Of a stretch of DNA of 64,000 nucleotides, positions 61,792 to 64,000 are shown in pieces. The stretch comes from Camelus ferus. Its lineage: Eukaryota. Position numbers and translations under genes: made by a program. The stretch spans positions 105,464,001-105,528,000 of the forward strand of contig NC_045696.1 of NCBI RefSeq assembly GCF_009834535.1. The letters run 5' to 3'. Numbering within the stretch: the first letter of the stretch is position 1; each line of letters starts with the position of its first letter. The notes beneath the pieces are model-generated. The model searched no databases, was not told the origin of the DNA, and saw only the letters and a list, made by a program, of their open reading frames with translations.

Positions 61792-62679
61792 GGCTGGTAA
61801 GTGATGCAGGTGAGAACAGAGTGCTTCACTGTATGGTGTGAACCAGGCAGCCTGACAGTGTCCCTTCCCTTCCCCATGGTTCTTACCTCCTTGTACACAG
61901 CCAGAGAATTCCTGCTCCATTTATCTTTAACTTTGCAGTGAAATGTTCTATGTCCTAAGAAATGAATTTGAGGCCTTAGGTGTGGCTGAGGGAAGAACTG
62001 TGCGTGGAGTTCTCCCAGGGCCTTGAAGTGTAGTCCTAGTGTAGTTCTGGAGGGCCTCAGGGAGGAGGTGATCATCATGACCTGGTTGGGGGTGTGATGT
62101 GCCCAAGGAGGGGGTTCCTATCCCAGAACAATCCAGATGAGACAACAGAATATGGAGTAGGAGGGGTGGATGGTGAACCTAGCGGGCTAAAGCCAAGATA
62201 TAAAGAGAAGAGACCATGTTTTCCTTTCAATGACCCAGGATTCAATGACCCTGATCAATGACATTCATGAGGCCTCCCCGGTCCAGGCCTTGGGCTAAGT
62301 GTTGGGGCCACCACCAATACATTGGACGTTGGCCCCACCCTTTCAGAGCCCACAGCCCAGGCATGGAGGTCAATACCAAGGAGGGAGGCTGGGGGTAGGG
62401 GGCAGGGGGAGCTAGGGAGCCCAGAGAAGGAGCCCCTTGCTCAGCCTTCAGGATCAGGAAAGACTTCTAGAAGGGTTCAATGCCCAGGCTCGGTCCCGAA
62501 GGCTTTATGACAATTCAGCACGTGCAGAGATAAAGGAAGAAAATCCCAGCCTGGAGAATGGCATGTCCAGAGTCCTCATGACCACTGCAGGAGTGGTGAA
62601 TGCTTGGTGGCTGAGGATCCAGCAGGGTGGGGGCAGGGAGAATGCTGAGATTAAAGAAGGAGGCGTTGGGGGCTAGATC

Positions 62680-63310
62680 CTGGGGATGTTGGATGTCACA
62701 TTGAGGATCTGGGCTTTCTCCTTGAGTCCAGAGTTTTAGGCACGTGTGGGCTATAGTCAGAAATGTGACTTAGAAGATTATTTCTACTGCTCTCTGGAGA
62801 TGGGGTGGAGCAGAGGTGGGGGAGGAGACTAGAGCTTATGGAATTATTTGAGAAGTGCCTGAGGAATCAGAGGATAAACAAGGGTGGCACCAGAGTTTGG
62901 AGATTAGCCAAGGAAATTAGATGTGGGAGAGTGAGGGGGAGGAATTGTCAAGGACGAGCCTGAGTTTGAGGCTTGGGCAGCTGGGCAAGTGATGGCCCTT
63001 GTCTGTGTGTCTAGGACAGGAGGAAATGATGTGAACGCTTTTGAAGTGTGGAGGTGAGATACCTGCCAGACATTCTGGGGGAAACCTTTGGAGTTCTGGA
63101 GCACAGAGGGGAGGTCTGAGCTGGAAGTACTGGTTTGAGAGCCCCCTGCACATAGAGGGTAACTGAAGCCAGGCCTAGGAATGTCATGCCCCAGAGGTGT
63201 AGCATTGAGAAGAGAGGTCAGGGAGCCCCTCCAGGAAGCCAACCACTCGAGGTTGGGCAGAGAAGGACAGACCCCAAAGTTGATAAAGGAAAAGCAGCCA
63301 GAAAGGCCAG
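62680..63310 (-). mobile_element. L2 LINE remnant
   Basis: attagatgtggg ... gtcaaggacgagcctgagttt ... tggaggtgagatacctgc ... gagttctggagcacagaggggaggtctgagctgga ... gaagagaggtcaggg. Confidence 0.75.
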
Positions 63311-63554
63311 TTCTAGGAGTAAGGAAGCTGCTGAACCATCAGCAGGGCTGGTCATTCAGTCATTCAACAAACATAGGTCTGTTAGCTTGTGATTGAAAGG
63401 AGTACAGAGACGGGCTGAGAATTGTTTCCTGCTTTGGAAGTTCTGTCACCCACCACAGCCTCCCTGGGTCACAAATCACTCCAAACCCAGCAGGAAGGGA
63501 GGCCCCAAAGTCCTTCTGCCCACAGCCCTTCCCCTCCAGAGCGTTTATCCCATT

Positions 63555-63735
63555 TGTGTAGGTTTGAGAGTTAGACTTCATGGGTCTGACTCTCATCTCA
63601 GCCACTTGCAAGCTCTGTGACCTTTGTAGGTTACTTAACTTCTCAGAGCCCTAATGGTCCCATCTATGAAATGAGGACAACAGTTACTTCTCAGGGTTGT
63701 CTTGAAGATCAAGGATTCTGTGTGTACATCCCGTA
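63555..63735 (+). mobile_element. MIR SINE
   Basis: agccacttgcaagctctgtgacctttgtaggttacttaacttctcagagcct ... catctatgaaatgagga ... cagggttgt. Confidence 0.85.
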
Positions 63736-63757
63736 GAGCTCCTGGCTTCATATCCAC

Positions 63758-63890
63758 TATTCATTTTTTTGAACAAACATCCACTGAGTGTCTCCTATGT
63801 TTCCAGACACTGGGCCAAGCCTAGGAATACAAAGATGAATACCAAGTTTCCTTTTCCTTCTCTCAGGGAACTAACAGTCCATTGAAGGAA
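63758..63890 (-). mobile_element. L2 3' end
   Basis: ttcatt ... aacaaacatccactgagtgtctcctatgtttccagacactg ... ggaatacaaagatgaata. Confidence 0.75.
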
Positions 63891-64000
63891 ACAGCAAGTA
63901 ACAGGCAGCGGCTGTCCAGTGAGATTACTGCCTGGGAGCTGAAGCTTGGAGTGGAGGTAGGAGGGCCCTGGGCTCCACTCCAGTTCTGCCCTCACTTCCT

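Overview
Mammalian, moderately GC-rich, repeat-dense non-coding DNA (intergenic or deep intronic). I recognise no protein-coding gene, RNA gene or CRISPR array; the only ORFs with real protein homology are broken LINE-1 ORF2 fragments. Two L1 3' ends of cetartiodactyl type, with no visible Alu, B1, CHR, PRE-1, Bov-tA or Can-SINE elements, suggest a camelid genome (inference). The window is a mosaic of old eutherian repeats (MIR, L2, L1M, MLT1, LTR33/LTR41-like, MER20, MER5A, MER53, MER63A, MER96B, MER104, Charlie4a), younger L1s, a solo ERV LTR and microsatellites. Between them lie repeat-free, motif-dense blocks that look like enhancers, plus a CpG-retaining promoter-like block at about 27-28 kb. 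The best-supported unusual structure is a ~3.55 kb L1-mediated insertion into a MIR (40030-43615). It has a 17-bp target-site duplication (TSD), a TT/AAAA cut site and a non-L1, MER104-containing 3' segment with its own AATAAA and poly(A), consistent with a 3' transduction or a retroposed transcript end. Repeat family names come from my recollection of consensus sequences, not a database search, and boundaries are approximate. I found no convincing novel multi-gene system.
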